From the NCBI GenBank assembly GCA_977018835.1, contig OZ361259.1, forward strand, positions 4,030,001-4,094,000: DNA of 64,000 nt. The letters are read 5' to 3'. A model generated the notes under the pieces. That model did no database searches, was not told the origin of the DNA, and saw only the letters and a list, made by a program, of their open reading frames with translations. Positions 34,151-44,728 of the stretch are shown here, piece by piece. This DNA is from Minutocellus sp. GHC0000111 (lineage: Eukaryota). The position numbers and the translations under genes were made by a program. Every line of letters begins with the position of its first letter. The first letter of the stretch is position 1.

Positions 34151-35467
34151 ATGACGGCCCAGAGCAGCAGCGATGAGCACGTGTACGACGTCGTCATAGT
34201 GGGCGGAGCGATTGCCGGTTTGGCATGTGCCGTCGGCCTCCTCCAACGGGGCGTCACCAACGTGCTGGTTCTCGACAAGGCCTCCAAGATGCAACCCGTC
34301 GGTGCATCGATTGCGCTGTTTTCGAATGGGATCAAGGCGTTGGAATACCTGTCGCCGGATGTGGCCGATAAAGTCAAGGGTTCGTGCATTCCAATTGAGA
34401 CCATGATACTGCAGGATCTGGAGGGAAATGTGCTGCACGAGAAAAGGCCTCCAACGAAGAAAGGTGTGCAATATTTGGTTTGGTACTTGCTTCAAAAGTA
34501 TCTAGCCGAGGATTTGCCGGAGGGCATTATAAAAATGGGGACTGCACTGGAATCATTTGAGGTCGGCAGTGATGGTATCGTTACTCTATCCACCGCATCA
34601 CGCCAAGCAGAATCGGAAAGCACATCTACTACAAATACAACAATCCGAACGAGGGTATTGGTCGGTGCCGACGGCATTTACTCCAGAATTCGTCAACATT
34701 TGTTTGGTCCAACGCCAAGGCATTATCATGAAAAGCTGGCATATCGCGCTGCAGTTTCAACGGACTTGTTTGATGCGAAATATGTTCCTCCGAGGGGAAC
34801 CAACGTCTGTGTTCAGGGCACTGTTCCTGGATCGCTCTTTTCCTACCGCGAAACTTCCCAGAATATTTTGACAGTTACTTCAATGGCCAAGTTTGAAGGG
34901 GGGGAGAATTCGAATGACGGTCTTAGGATCGATTCGATATACAAATTATCTGCACAAGAAAAGAAGGATCTGATGTGCCAAGCCTTTGCTGACTATCCCG
35001 AAGCGATTCAAGGTATCTTGCAAGCCATTCCACCAGAAGCTGTGCATGTTGACGCAATTCGAGATGTGGATGTGGTTCAAGAGGCTGCGAGAGGTCCTGT
35101 GATATTGATTGGAGATGCTGCTCATGCAATGTCTCCCTCACTAGGGCAAGGGGCGAACCAATCCTTGGAGGATGCGGCTGTGTTGGTACATGGTCTGTCC
35201 AAGCTCTTTTCTCCGAAGAGGGGAACCGGCGATGGTGATGGTGATGCAGATGAAGCAACGATTTCCAAGGAAGCAATCAATAGCACCCTAAAACAAGTAT
35301 GGGACCAACGATTCGAGAGAGTGAGCATGGTCCATGCCGCCTCCCGAGCACGATCAGAGGACAACAACAAGTCTTTCAAGGACGCTCCGGTGGACATGAA
35401 GTCGGCACAGTTGATGGAGATATTGGCAAAGATTGACGAGTGGGATGCGCCAGTGGATTGTTTGTGA
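34151..35467 (+). CDS. FAD-dependent monooxygenase (FAD_binding_3, aromatic hydroxylase-like)
   Basis: VVIVGGAIAGL, LVGADGIYSRIR, LIGDAAHAMSPSLGQGANQSLEDA. Confidence 0.92.
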   Translation: MTAQSSSDEHVYDVVIVGGAIAGLACAVGLLQRGVTNVLVLDKASKMQPVGASIALFSNGIKALEYLSPDVADKVKGSCIPIETMILQDLEGNVLHEKRPPTKKGVQYLVWYLLQKYLAEDLPEGIIKMGTALESFEVGSDGIVTLSTASRQAESESTSTTNTTIRTRVLVGADGIYSRIRQHLFGPTPRHYHEKLAYRAAVSTDLFDAKYVPPRGTNVCVQGTVPGSLFSYRETSQNILTVTSMAKFEGGENSNDGLRIDSIYKLSAQEKKDLMCQAFADYPEAIQGILQAIPPEAVHVDAIRDVDVVQEAARGPVILIGDAAHAMSPSLGQGANQSLEDAAVLVHGLSKLFSPKRGTGDGDGDADEATISKEAINSTLKQVWDQRFERVSMVHAASRARSEDNNKSFKDAPVDMKSAQLMEILAKIDEWDAPVDCL

Positions 35468-35659
35468 GAGAATACGATCGTAGTTCATGTTTTGATAATT
35501 TATAGAGTAGACTTTGGGGAGATAGAGCTGCTGCTCCAGATCTACAACTTCGCCGAATCTCGGCGAAGTTTAGAAGTTCGACAGCAGCCAGCAGCAGCCG
35601 CACCTTTCGCGTTAGCGCAGCGTTTCGCTTGAGCATTCATTGAGAGCAGAACCGTAACC

Positions 35660-37489
35660 ATGGCAAGTAACGCAGGTCAACCCTCCACCGTCATCAAGAT
35701 CCCATGCTGCCTCTGTGGGACTCTCATCATACCAAATGCGGCGAATCAGTGCACGACGTGCCTCGCCTCGCAGTTCGATCTCACCTCGATACTCAACCGA
35801 GGACCGGGTGGGTCGCATACCATCAACGTCTATCAGTGCCGTCGGTGTCGGCGGTATGAGATGTCGGAAAACGGCAAGCGTTGGCAGCACCTCGAGACGG
35901 AATCGCCCGAACTCCTCAGTCTGTGTCTGAAGCGCATCCCGGCCCTGCAGCAGGGCAGCAAGAAGGGAGGAGGCGAGCAGCACATGCTGTCGTCGGGCGT
36001 CAGCTCGATTCATCTTGTAGACGCAAGTTGGGTATGGACCGAGCCCCACTCCCGTCGTCTCAAGGTTCGGCTGACTGTCCGGGCCACCACGATCGGAGGT
36101 GCCGGTGTGGCCGTCCAGCAGCGATGCATGGTCGAGCTGGTCGAGAGCTGGAAGCAATGCCAGGAGTGCAACCGAGAATTCACCAATCGCACCTGGCAGG
36201 CGGTCGTTCAGCTCCGGCAGAAGAGGGCCGACGGATCGTCGCGTCGCGGCCTTGTCCTGCTCGAAGCCGCCCTGGCCAAGAATGCCGACGTGCGCAAGCA
36301 CGTGCTGTCGGTCGACCCTTCTCGGCATGGATTCGACTTCTACTTCCTCAGCCTGATGCACGCAAGACTGTTCTCTTCCTACCTGGCCCGTATTGCGCCC
36401 ATGCGGATCAAGACGACGCAGAAGCTGGTGTCGACGGATGTCAAATCCAACACGGCCAACGTGAAGCATACGGTAGCGTGCGATGTCGTGCCGCTCTGCC
36501 GAGATGACCTTCTCATTGTTGATAAGCGCGTCTCGTCGGGCGGTGGAGGTGGTGCCGGCCATCTCGCTGGACGGCTGTGCCTGGTGGATCGCATGTCGAG
36601 CGTCATTCGGCTGGTCGATGCCTCCCCTACGAGGAATGCGCCGATGGACCGCTGCATGGTTGATATTCATCCCGAAAAGTATTGGCGAGGCGACAAGTAT
36701 TACCGGTTGCTGTTCTCGTCCACGAGACTGACTCGCTTCGTCGTGTTGGATGTGGAGCTGTGTGCCGACACCAACTATGGCGAGGATCACCCGCAGTATG
36801 CCGGGCCCAAGAGCGGCGTGGAGAAGTATGCCCTGGCCGATGTGGAAATTGTTCGCGAATCAGACTTTGGACAGACGGACGAAACCTTGAGCTGCGTCAT
36901 CCACCTTGGAAATTTGCTTCAGCCAGGCGATTCTGTCTTGGGCTATGACTTGGTATCGTCGGTCCTTCCCTCCGAGGCTGAATGGAGCCTCGAAAATAGC
37001 TGCCAGAATGGCTTTGTTATGCCCGATGTGGTCTTGGTGAAGAAAGTGAAGGGTGGTGGAGGCGGCGGTGGTGGCGATGCAGGTGATCCCATGCCAGCTG
37101 ACGAAGAAGAGGGCAAGAAGAGCAAGGCCAAGTCGTCGGGTAGCAAGAAAAGAGAACGACGCAGAAAGAGGGAGGAAAAGAAGGCCAAGCAGCAGCTTGA
37201 GGAGGTGGCACGGATGGGCTTCCTCGGAGATGGCGGTGGTGACGAAGGAGGCTCCGACGAGCTCCTCAAGAGAGATAGAGAGGCATTTGAGCGTGAGCTT
37301 GAGAATGACGAGGAACTTGCGGCCGAATTGAATGCTGTTGAGGAAGTCTTGAGAGAGGGAGGTAAGGAAATGGACCGGGTCGAGGAAAAGACCGAAAAAG
37401 AGACTGACGAGAATAGTAATGTCGATGCAGAAGGAGAAGATTTGACCGATGCTGTTGGAGATGTGGATTTGAACGAAGAGCACGAGTAA
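35660..37489 (+). CDS. NMD3: 60S ribosomal export protein NMD3
   Basis: IPCCLCG..PNAANQCTTC, CRRCRRY, ESPELLSLCLK, DASWVWTEPHSRRLKV, QCQEC..WQAVVQLRQK, HLGNLLQPGD. Confidence 0.96.
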   Translation: MASNAGQPSTVIKIPCCLCGTLIIPNAANQCTTCLASQFDLTSILNRGPGGSHTINVYQCRRCRRYEMSENGKRWQHLETESPELLSLCLKRIPALQQGSKKGGGEQHMLSSGVSSIHLVDASWVWTEPHSRRLKVRLTVRATTIGGAGVAVQQRCMVELVESWKQCQECNREFTNRTWQAVVQLRQKRADGSSRRGLVLLEAALAKNADVRKHVLSVDPSRHGFDFYFLSLMHARLFSSYLARIAPMRIKTTQKLVSTDVKSNTANVKHTVACDVVPLCRDDLLIVDKRVSSGGGGGAGHLAGRLCLVDRMSSVIRLVDASPTRNAPMDRCMVDIHPEKYWRGDKYYRLLFSSTRLTRFVVLDVELCADTNYGEDHPQYAGPKSGVEKYALADVEIVRESDFGQTDETLSCVIHLGNLLQPGDSVLGYDLVSSVLPSEAEWSLENSCQNGFVMPDVVLVKKVKGGGGGGGGDAGDPMPADEEEGKKSKAKSSGSKKRERRRKREEKKAKQQLEEVARMGFLGDGGGDEGGSDELLKRDREAFERELENDEELAAELNAVEEVLREGGKEMDRVEEKTEKETDENSNVDAEGEDLTDAVGDVDLNEEHE

Positions 37490-37571
37490 TCTACTACGTT
37501 GCTAGCTAGAACAATGTGTACTGTAGACGAGAAGCATAACAGTCCAGTCAGTAAGTCTCTCTAGATTTATT

Positions 37572-39227
37572 TTATCTTCGCTGGTGAATAAATATAGCAT
37601 CCGAACTAATAATGCGCAAGCGTCGAGCTTCTATTCGAGGATTCCCAGTTGCAACGCCAATTACATCAAATCCCTTGATTTCTTTCTCTTCTGATAATAT
37701 GTGCGAATAGGACCGAAGCCGAGCTGACGAATCAAGTGATTTGTACTCATCTTCGTATCCAGACTTGACAAACTTTACTTCATCGTGGCCGCCCGATACA
37801 GCTCGTTGCCCAAAGAGCGATACCCCCGACATTGCCGACGCCACGTCCACATAAATCGATACTTCTTGATTGTTTGAATCGTTATCCTCAATGTGACGCT
37901 GAAGTAAAGCAAGGGCCTCACCCCCAGGATAATTACGAGCAGAAACGGCCATAAACATGGAACTCCCAGCAAATGTCACAAAGACACAACCCAGCCCACA
38001 TAAGAAAAGAAATTTAGTCAAGTAGGAAGGTATTCTCGTTTTTTTGCTGCTTTCTTCCACATGCCCTTCTTCCTTCTCCTTTCGCACTGGAAATGCTGCG
38101 CTGTGTAGCCGGGCAAGTCCCAACGCTGCTGATAGATTAAGCATGGGCAGAGCAGGAAAGATGAATCTTATCTCCTTGTGTGGCAGCTTTGAATAAAGAC
38201 CAACGAAGCATATAATTGGCAGGACAAAAGGAACTACTCGCGCATCGAAATAATTGTATGTGATCGATGCATTCTTTTCTGTTCGCTTTCGCACCCAGGT
38301 CTCAATCATTTCAGGGATTCGAATCACCGACAATGGAACGAGAAGCGAGGTGAGCAGCATCGCCTTGGGCAGTGCTGGTGTTACATACCAATACCAAGGA
38401 GAGGTTCCCCATTCGCTTGATTTGTTTTCAACAGTATTGAAGAACAATACCTCTCCCTCTGGCCATAGCCATCGTCTCCACAATATAGAATCCGTCGGTA
38501 CCGTAATAACAAGACTGATAACGCCAGTAACAACGCCTGCCTGCAAAGCCTGAACAATTGTCATCTCTCGACGAATCAGCATGGTCAATCCGACTGTAAA
38601 TAGGAGTATCAGCACATCGCATCGGAAGATTGACGTGGCGGCCACCAACCACGCAGCTGCCCTTCTAGACCGTCCTGATAACCAATCGGCATACGCATGA
38701 ATTACTAAAATCAGCGCAAAAACATTGGGCAGCATGCGTGATAAGTAAAATGGCAGATGGAACTGCACGGCTGTGACGAGGAGAAGATATGCACCGACGA
38801 TTGGATTATTCTGACCAAATTTGTTATCTGCTGCAATGGCAAGGCGATACATGGCATGGATGTTGAATGCCAGCAATATGCCTCGCGATAACGCCTGAAC
38901 CAGCAAGGGGCGAGCAGCGAGATCAAATAGGGGGCATACCAGCATCGAGATGATTTGGCAAGCGTAACCCAGAATGATAGGGCCAGTGAATGTACGAGGC
39001 ACGACACCTGGGTACTGGAGATGGTCGTAGGGCAGATCAGAGCCGCTATGCCCAGACCATGCGGCAAAGAGGGCTGGTCTAATTCCGTGGTAGAACACAT
39101 CATGTGTGGCCTGGAGGTTGAACGACTCCTCTACCTTGGAATAAGGGCATGTTATCAAGCTCACCAGGGAGGTTAGGATGAGGGCGGCGAGGCCAACCCG
39201 CCGCAGGGACAGGCCGGTGGCCGTCAT
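37572..39227 (-). CDS. ALG12: Dol-P-Man alpha-1,6-mannosyltransferase ALG12 (GT22)
   Basis: PYSKVEESFNLQATHD, YDHLQYPGVVPRTF, WPEGEVLFFN..NKSSEWGTSP, LPHKEIRF, NYPGG. Confidence 0.95.
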   Translation of the reverse strand: MTATGLSLRRVGLAALILTSLVSLITCPYSKVEESFNLQATHDVFYHGIRPALFAAWSGHSGSDLPYDHLQYPGVVPRTFTGPIILGYACQIISMLVCPLFDLAARPLLVQALSRGILLAFNIHAMYRLAIAADNKFGQNNPIVGAYLLLVTAVQFHLPFYLSRMLPNVFALILVIHAYADWLSGRSRRAAAWLVAATSIFRCDVLILLFTVGLTMLIRREMTIVQALQAGVVTGVISLVITVPTDSILWRRWLWPEGEVLFFNTVENKSSEWGTSPWYWYVTPALPKAMLLTSLLVPLSVIRIPEMIETWVRKRTEKNASITYNYFDARVVPFVLPIICFVGLYSKLPHKEIRFIFPALPMLNLSAALGLARLHSAAFPVRKEKEEGHVEESSKKTRIPSYLTKFLFLCGLGCVFVTFAGSSMFMAVSARNYPGGEALALLQRHIEDNDSNNQEVSIYVDVASAMSGVSLFGQRAVSGGHDEVKFVKSGYEDEYKSLDSSARLRSYSHILSEEKEIKGFDVIGVATGNPRIEARRLRIISSDAIFIHQRR

Positions 39228-39392
39228 GTTGAAAATGAGGCAGCAGCTGAATGAGCGCGGGCAGCCCCTCCTTCTGGGTCTTCGGTAGAACGTTAAGAGC
39301 AGAGCTCGAGATACCAAACACACCGACGGCATGCAGGAACCCTTGTCATGGAGGAGTGAACATTTGAAGTGCTTGGAATTGCTAATGTTACT

Positions 39393-40706
39393 CTACACCC
39401 GATTCTCGCCTGTCACCACTTCATTGTCCATGAAGTCATCCTCTGCCTCCGCCTCGGCATCACTTAGCCGCCTTTCGGACGTCGATCGGCTGCTGGTGCC
39501 AGTCTCGGCTGAATTCACCTGCTGAGCCCCCTTGGCCTTGTTGGCAATCTCTTGCTTTGCTTCGCCGGCATTGGCCAGCAACCAGAAGAACCCAGAACCA
39601 ACCATCAATGTACCAACGCAGGCAACGCTTAGACCAATGTTGTTGGGATATGGCTTGGACCAAGGCTGAATGATGGCAATGGCCGATATGAACTGGATGC
39701 TATCCAAGAAGAAAATAAAGCCACTGATGACGTGCCGTGAAACCTTTGCCGATATAGTTGCCCCGATCGGTGCTCCAATGACGACAATGGGGATGCAAAC
39801 CGCCACAAAGTTCCACACGGTCTGTTGCTCTCCTTCGGCGTAATCACCCCCGATTCCGGTGAAACGAAAGCACATACCAAGCACGGCATTGATAGCCATT
39901 AGAATGACCGAGGTGGGCGTTGCTACCTTCTCACTGACGCGATAAAACAATGTAAGGACCGAGAAGGTGGCCATATCCAAACCAGAACCAGCGATGGAAG
40001 AGGTAAGTCCGCCAAAGAGGCCAAATCCAGATAAAACGAGGGCACGCTGTGTCTTTGCACTCAGCCTTTTTTCCGCCTCCTCTGGAATAGTTTTGGAAGC
40101 ACCGACCTCAAAATCTGCTTCTCTTTCCACACTAGCAAGTCTTCGAGCTTCCCTCTGGGCAGCATCCGACTCCTCTGAGCTGGAATAGACGCACCGATCC
40201 CAATCGCTGGCATTCAAGCGAATCAGAGCCACCGCGAATGCAATCCATAGACTGACGAACAAGATCTTGGCGTAAGCCGGGGGTAGATGCGGTGCGACGA
40301 ATTCTAATCCCAGGAGAAGACCAACGGTTCCGCCCGTAGTTCCCCAGAGCAGCGCCGGCTTGTCAATTGGAATTCCAAGGCCGAGGATGGTAATGCTGGC
40401 ACAGGTCATGCCGAAGCTTTGGATGGCAAAGGAGAAGTCGCGAGCGATGTGCGGCGGAACGCCCAATGCCAGCGTCATGACTGGAAAGGCAATGGCCCCA
40501 CCACCCTCGCTCGTGGCACCGGCCACGAGGCTGCCCAATATCATTGTCAGAGACATGTAGTAATAAAAACCATCGTACGGAGTCGGCTCAGCGAAGAGAC
40601 CGAGCCGAGTGGACGGGTCCAACAAAGCGTAGGTCCACCATCCAACCTCGACCAGCAATGACGGACCAAGACGGAGGGCCAGGGACCGTGACCCGGGAGA
40701 CAGCAT
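39393..40706 (-). CDS. Sulfite exporter TauE/SafE family membrane protein
   Basis: GSLVAGATSEGGGAIAFPVMTL..ARDFSFAIQSFGM, GGLTSSIAGSGLD, EKVATPTSVILMA, VVIGAPIG. Start uncertain; the frame is open to 40778. Confidence 0.85.
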   Translation of the reverse strand: MLSPGSRSLALRLGPSLLVEVGWWTYALLDPSTRLGLFAEPTPYDGFYYYMSLTMILGSLVAGATSEGGGAIAFPVMTLALGVPPHIARDFSFAIQSFGMTCASITILGLGIPIDKPALLWGTTGGTVGLLLGLEFVAPHLPPAYAKILFVSLWIAFAVALIRLNASDWDRCVYSSSEESDAAQREARRLASVEREADFEVGASKTIPEEAEKRLSAKTQRALVLSGFGLFGGLTSSIAGSGLDMATFSVLTLFYRVSEKVATPTSVILMAINAVLGMCFRFTGIGGDYAEGEQQTVWNFVAVCIPIVVIGAPIGATISAKVSRHVISGFIFFLDSIQFISAIAIIQPWSKPYPNNIGLSVACVGTLMVGSGFFWLLANAGEAKQEIANKAKGAQQVNSAETGTSSRSTSERRLSDAEAEAEDDFMDNEVVTGENRV

Positions 40707-41031
40707 GTTGGCTGGGCAGAATTCTACGAGTAATGCCGAGCACTGCAGTATGGGTCTCAAAGGTATTCCATGAGCCAAGTCAGCGCTAGCGCTATCGGTG
40801 CGTCATTGTTCAGAGGTAACGGTTTGTCTGGAAATTTGGGGGATGGCAATAGGTGGCCTGCTTGGGTTGGGGAGTGGCGGGCGCGGGAAATTGTGTATGT
40901 GTCAGATCGCGTCGCGGCCTGCAGGCCTTCGAACTTCGCCGCGCGCTTTTCACAGGCATGCAACAGCATCGAAATGCATTTTGCTGAGAACTGACGTTGA
41001 CATCTCATGCGCCCAAGAACCTACGTGTACG

Positions 41032-42333
41032 ATGCCACCACGGACTGATCCTAGCTCCCAGTCACCCCTTCTCGACGACGACGAGACGGCAAAGGCAAAG
41101 GCATATTCAAGTATCGCAGACCTTCATGATGATCATGCGACGTCATCAGCAGATCAACCAACCTCGACTGGGTGGACAACCTCCCAAGAGAGAATGAATC
41201 GAATAGGCAAACGATGGAAGAAGTCCGTCCTTCCATTACTGTTTGTCGCGACCCTTTGTCTACCGATCATAATATTTCAGTCAAATTACCTCTCTTTCCT
41301 TGCGCATTCATGGTTCGCACCGCTAATGGGAATTGTCGCATGTGCCATCCCCAGCGGTGGTGCTCCCGTCGCCGGTGGAGTCGTTTTCCTCCCAGTTCTA
41401 TCAATGGTGGGGCTAGAACCGCACGATGCCGATGGATTTGCCGTGACGACACAGATGTTTGGTATTGGTATCTTTGCTCCCCTTGGATGGATGGCGCGAG
41501 ATCCAACAGTGCTCATGTTCAATTTTCTCAAAGTTACGTTTCCATATGCTCTGGCTGGCCTTCTGACGGGTCTTTTACTGATTCCGCTGGGGAAGTCGGA
41601 TGAGGTTATGTGGACCTTTACGATATTTATCTCTTTTCTGGCCTGGTATACAGTTCATGGGCTAGTATCTGATAGACTGGATGTCTCGGGAGCGTCGGGT
41701 GAACCAAGCTGTTGCCCAGGAGAACATCACAACAACCATCGTACCAACGAAGTAGACAGCGACAACGACATTGAGATGCACGCTCAGAAGAGTCAAATGG
41801 AGAATATACTACCGCGGGAGATCGATAGAAAATCAATGCAGAATACCACCCCAAACACCAAAGCAGAACGGAGAAGAATAAGATTTTCAAGTAAAGAATA
41901 CGCCATCTACGCCGTGACGTGTTACTTTGGGGGAATCCTCACAGCGTGGATAGGGATCGGAGTTGAGAAGTTGACCTTTGTGCTTCTCACATATTTCCAC
42001 AATGTCGACGTGACAGCTGCAGGTGTATCGTCCATCTGCCTTACCGGTTTTCTATCGGCCGTTGCCTTCCTTTTCCATTCACTGTGCGCCCCCGCCGACG
42101 ATGGTCCAGGGCCACACTTTCAGTGTGCAATCAAGTCGGCAGCAGACCCAACTGGAAACGTATTTGGAAATATCCCCTACGAGATTGTGCTTGCTGTACT
42201 GCCAGGAATACTGATTGGCAGTGTCGTAGGTCCTGCGATCAACGCGGGTATTGGTCCAAGAAACATGATGGTGATATTTGTTTGCTTTCTACTATTTGAT
42301 ATCGGCTACAACTTGGTGGATTTGCTAGGATAA
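41032..42333 (+). CDS. Second TauE/SafE-like membrane protein
   Basis: IPSGGAPVAGGVVFLPVL..TQMFGIG, GGILTAWIGIG, PGILIGSVVGP; two-repeat multi-TM layout. Confidence 0.75.
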   Translation: MPPRTDPSSQSPLLDDDETAKAKAYSSIADLHDDHATSSADQPTSTGWTTSQERMNRIGKRWKKSVLPLLFVATLCLPIIIFQSNYLSFLAHSWFAPLMGIVACAIPSGGAPVAGGVVFLPVLSMVGLEPHDADGFAVTTQMFGIGIFAPLGWMARDPTVLMFNFLKVTFPYALAGLLTGLLLIPLGKSDEVMWTFTIFISFLAWYTVHGLVSDRLDVSGASGEPSCCPGEHHNNHRTNEVDSDNDIEMHAQKSQMENILPREIDRKSMQNTTPNTKAERRRIRFSSKEYAIYAVTCYFGGILTAWIGIGVEKLTFVLLTYFHNVDVTAAGVSSICLTGFLSAVAFLFHSLCAPADDGPGPHFQCAIKSAADPTGNVFGNIPYEIVLAVLPGILIGSVVGPAINAGIGPRNMMVIFVCFLLFDIGYNLVDLLG

Positions 42334-42372
42334 TGAATTAAAGGCGGCTTATTCAACTTGATGAAAAAAAAA

Positions 42373-43124
42373 CTAAATGCTATATGTCAAGAAAGATCGG
42401 GCCTCGGCATCAGCAGCGCAGACCTCTCCACATTCTGCAGCTGAGTGTGAGCAGCAGCTATCGCGGAGAGAACCATGGACCAATGTTGTTCTCTCGTTCG
42501 CCTCAACGCCATCAACCTGTTTTTCCTGATTCAACATGCCAGCTTCATATTCTCTTATCATTCTCTCAGCCCACTTTTGTTTGCAGTATATTGCCAGAGG
42601 TATCAAAATTGAAGCAGCGAGTGACGGTGCCCACACTCTTATCGGTCGAGGCCATATAACTGCAAAGATTGGATCGTTCGCGGCAACTCCACTGTAACTT
42701 GCAACGCAATACGGAACCACGTACCTAGGTATAACCGTAAAGCTCCTGGCCATGCCACTTCAATATATCTGCGCAAAGATCCTGCCGAGGGGTCATTTTT
42801 AGTGTTGGGACAACTAGCAGCTGCCTGCTTGAACGCATCGAAAGCATTGAAATTAAGCAATGTGCCGACAAGGAACATGATGGCCAATGCATTCAGGAAC
42901 GGAGAGAGACTTTTGATGCGTATAAGCGACAAGACAGATGCATACCAAATCGCAAAGCTATAGAGCGCCAGCTTTGGAACTGACGAATGTGCCGACAACG
43001 ATGACCGCATGAAATACCAGTAATCTGCCGACTTATCTCGGCTGATGTAGCATTCCTTGTTTGTGCATGTGGTCATCGCGCCTTCGGTGTGCTCGTGCTT
43101 ATTGTGTTCAGGGGTCGGTGGCAT
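42373..43124 (-). CDS. Small multi-TM hypothetical protein, 1-nt frameshift near 42760
   Basis: Two overlapping hydrophobic ORFs rejoin (YIE|SGMARSF) if one base is added at gaa-gt. Confidence 0.55.
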
Positions 43125-43374
43125 ACTTGTTTCAGTTTCTGCGGTTAGAATGACGTGGTGTATGTAACACGTGGGAATTCCTGACTGCTGTTGAGCTTGG
43201 GTTTAGTAAAATTAGGATATCACTGTGGCGTGTCAGGGAAATAAATATTACAAGTGTATCTCTCTCTCTTGGTATCGCTCTCTCTCTCTCTCTCTCTCTG
43301 TCTTGGCTTCCTTGGTGGTCAGAGCCAGAGAGGCGAAAAACGCGCATAGCAGCTACGTACGTAGATCGGAGGTT

Positions 43375-44502
43375 TTAGCCTTTCTCGGCTTGAGCACTTT
43401 TGCTTTTCGCAGTCCCCAAGCGCCTTTGGCCAAGTGCTTGAGTTGCATAGTATGCCGACGCCGACGCCAAGGCTGCAAGAGGAAAGATATATGCCCAGTA
43501 CACCCCCAGAACAATGGGATCCTGTAATATTGTCACACCTATTCGTGCCAATAACAGGAGCATAATAATGCAATATCCAAACACTGCTCTTGTCATCAGT
43601 TCAAACTCTCCAGTGTACAGAGCAACTCCAACCATGCCGACGCTTGGCGGCGCTAGGAAAAGAAAGAGCGCTGGCTGGGCCTTGCCTTCGGGACTTTTAT
43701 GCAATGTGCTGACATTCGAAATGACGACTATCAAATAAAACACGGAACCGGCACCGAGGCAGAACGCCGGGAAGTCGATACCCCAAGACGGACCAATGTC
43801 TGCCGCCACTCCAAATACTACCAAAAAGAACCACCCTACCGTCGAGAGGAAGAACTGAGGTTTGCCACAGCTCAACTCGGATTTGGGGTCGAACATCCAT
43901 CGTTCGTATATGGAAAGGGCAATGGCAGTCTGACTGATGGCAGTGATTGTCCACAATGCCTGCAGAGCGACTCGACTTACTGGAAACGGCGCCGACAGTG
44001 TCAGCATGATGGTAATCAAGTGCGGACCGTGGAAGAAATGAACCCTCGCCGGATGTCGCCACTCCTCCCGAATGATGTCTCGACCCAACTGACTCCGACA
44101 TTTGACGAGGAAGCACGCCGAAACGCCCAGGCCGGTCACGAGAGACAAGAGCCAAAATATTCCTTGCAGTATTATCCCCGGTTGTTGTGCTATCAGTTCC
44201 GTCGCTCTTAAGTTGGTCCATATCAAGGCATTGCCACCCAGCCCCATGGATATGCCAAACGCAGTGTTGGGTATTCGCTTTGCCAACGGTAGGAGATTCG
44301 AGTTGGAGTTGTTATTGTTGATGGCAACGGTGGCTTGCTGGAGGGGAAGAGTCACAGAAGACGTTAATGTGCTCGTTTGCCTCGGACGAGGTGGTGGGGG
44401 CGGTGGCGGTGGCAACGATTCTATCGACTCGCGGTGCGCCGCTGTGCCCATTTCGGGCTGGTCCTCTTCCGCTGCAGCATATGCATCAGGTTCGCCATTC
44501 AT
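43375..44502 (-). CDS. SLAC1/TehA/Ssu1 (TDT family) anion channel, possibly C-terminally truncated
   Basis: FGISMGLGGNALIW, EWRHPARVHFF, PQFFLSTVGWF, PALFLFLAPPSVG, YWAYIFPLAA. The final TM helix appears absent. Confidence 0.85.
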   Translation of the reverse strand: MNGEPDAYAAAEEDQPEMGTAAHRESIESLPPPPPPPPRPRQTSTLTSSVTLPLQQATVAINNNNSNSNLLPLAKRIPNTAFGISMGLGGNALIWTNLRATELIAQQPGIILQGIFWLLSLVTGLGVSACFLVKCRSQLGRDIIREEWRHPARVHFFHGPHLITIMLTLSAPFPVSRVALQALWTITAISQTAIALSIYERWMFDPKSELSCGKPQFFLSTVGWFFLVVFGVAADIGPSWGIDFPAFCLGAGSVFYLIVVISNVSTLHKSPEGKAQPALFLFLAPPSVGMVGVALYTGEFELMTRAVFGYCIIMLLLLARIGVTILQDPIVLGVYWAYIFPLAALASASAYYATQALGQRRLGTAKSKSAQAEKG

Positions 44503-44728
44503 CACGTGTAAAATCGGCTCCCGTCGCCTTGGCTTGTGTGCGAGACTATCGGCCGTGCTGGCTGGGCAAAAAATGAGACCATCTTCGCGCTCTCTCTCTA
44601 CATGTATGCATGCATCTTTTTTCTTGACTCGCTCGATCGGCATCGAACCAGGATCAGGACAACTTCTTGACGACGGAAAGACGCACTCATTCTCAGCGCA
44701 TCATTTTCTAGTTTTCATTTCTCGCAAG

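Noticed and set aside
35612..36790. 392-aa minus strand ORF
   Set aside because: Antisense shadow of NMD3.
43258..43299. (CT)n tract as a functional element
   Set aside because: Ordinary microsatellite with no further support.
44102..44728. N-terminal extension of the QTRT1 ORF
   Set aside because: It overlaps the SLAC1-like gene antisense; the ATG at 44729 is the plausible start.
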